From: Okamejei kenojei
Taxonomy: Eukaryota
Direction: 5' to 3'
DNA length: 64,000 bases
Assembly: GCA_035221665.1 (NCBI GenBank)
Contig: CM069142.1
Span: 35,464,001-35,528,000 of the forward strand
Under the pieces are notes generated by a model. That model worked only from the letters and a program-made list of their open reading frames with translations. It ran no database searches and was not told where the DNA came from. The position numbers and the translations under genes were made by a program. Shown here in pieces: positions 62,973 through 64,000 of the stretch (the first letter of the stretch is position 1; each line of letters begins with the position of its first letter).

Positions 62973-63299
62973 GACTAATAGGATTCCGATTTTTCAATCT
63001 CACAAGTTGGCAGGTATGCCTACCCTCCCCTCTCCAGCTCCCCGCCCATTGCACCGGGCGCGGGGGCTTTGCACCGTCTTCACGTCAACAACTGGTCAGT
63101 GCCAGTCGCCCCCGGGCAGGTGCTCGGGGGCTCTCTCCCAGCGTGGCCCCGGACCAGGGGGGTGGGGATGGGAATCAGCGGGCACACTGGCTCTGCCACA
63201 CCATGGGCCGCCGCCAACCAAGCCACCAGTCCATGTCCACACGTTCGGTAGAACAGGAGTTGAGACTGGGAACTGTACCGCCCTTGCTCCCTCCCTCTG

Positions 63300-63856
63300 T
63301 GTTCTGCAGGGGTTGGTGCTGGGGCACTAATCGTCACATAGTATATCCATGATTTGGATGAGGGAAATGAAGGCTTTGTTGCCAAGTTTGCAGATGACAC
63401 AAAAATAGGTGGAGGGGCATGTAGTGCAGAGAATGCAGGGACTCTGCAGAAGGACTTGAATAGGTTTGGAGATTGGGTAAAGAAGTGGCAGATGGAATAC
63501 AGCGTAGCAAAGTGTGAAGTTGTGCATTTTGGTAGTAGGAATAAGCGGAGACTATCTCCAACGCCAGCACATTCTTGCTCAGTTATGCGGCCCAAATGTG
63601 CTCCCAATACGCCAACTGTGGTCTGACCAGTGCCTCTGCATTATATCCCTGTTTTTATATTTTAGTCCTCTAAAAAATAAATGCTAGCATTACAATTGCC
63701 TTCCTTACTACCGATTCGTCTCGCAAATTAACTTTTTGGGAATCCTATACCAGCACTCCCAAGTCCCTTTGAGCCTCCGACTTCTGAATTTTTTCCCCCA
63801 TTTAGAAATATGCCTTTATTCCTATTACCAAAATGCATGACTATACTTTGCTACAC
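63300..63856. mobile_element. CR1 RT fragments in opposite orientations
   Basis: Plus-strand KFADDTKIGG...KCEVVHFGSRN to ~63544. The continuation appears on the minus strand at ~63620-63856. Confidence 0.75.
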
Positions 63857-64000
63857 AAACGGATTGTATCTATGTATGGTACATCTGTTTGGATAGCACA
63901 CAAAACAAAGCTTTTCACTGTATCTCAGTACATTAAATAATAACAAACCTAAACTTAATGTGAGCATTTTCCAACTTTTTAAACCTGTCTTTTTAAGTAG

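Larger units (their letters stand above)
62219..63018. mobile_element. Non-autonomous TIR DNA transposon with 6-bp TSD, carrying a fold-back repeat and a CRE/GC-box array
   Basis: Perfect 14-bp TIR CATACCTGCCAACT / AGTTGGCAGGTATG. TSD CCTACC (62213-62218, 63019-63024). TTCCGA subterminal repeats. Confidence 0.9.

Noticed and set aside
58585-64000. GRTP1 exons 1-2 (DPYGFERP motif)
   Set aside because: Not found by eye in this interval; presumed to lie beyond the window end.

Overview
Repeat-rich vertebrate genomic DNA, not prokaryotic. The CR1/Penelope/V-SINE-type repeat content suggests a cartilaginous fish such as a skate or ray (inference). Two host genes lie tail-to-tail. One is the last coding exon of a CFAP44-like gene (+, 1344-1511). 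The other is six coding exons of GRTP1/TBC1D6, a TBC-domain Rab-GAP (-, 58584 down to 7152); all its splice sites are GT-AG and the joined frame is open, and its first two exons lie beyond the window end. The rest is mostly nested transposable elements: CR1, Rex/Babar, RTE, L2-like and Tx1-like LINE remnants; two Gypsy LTR elements with tRNA-Trp primer sites; an inverted pair of Tc1 elements; hAT elements with perfect 8-bp TSDs; two TIR elements with 6-bp TSDs; Helitron-like elements; SINEs; and one 240-N gap. The most interesting signals are: (i) minimal hammerhead-ribozyme motifs in Penelope-derived repeats, one enclosed in a fold-back of 57-bp tandem units; (ii) a CRE + GC-box minisatellite carried in the same 6-bp-TSD transposon; (iii) a ~135-bp fixed-5'-end retroposon with no clear tRNA head. 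None can be called a new system without the checks listed. Most ORFs in the supplied track are spurious or TE debris. TE boundaries without TSDs are approximate.
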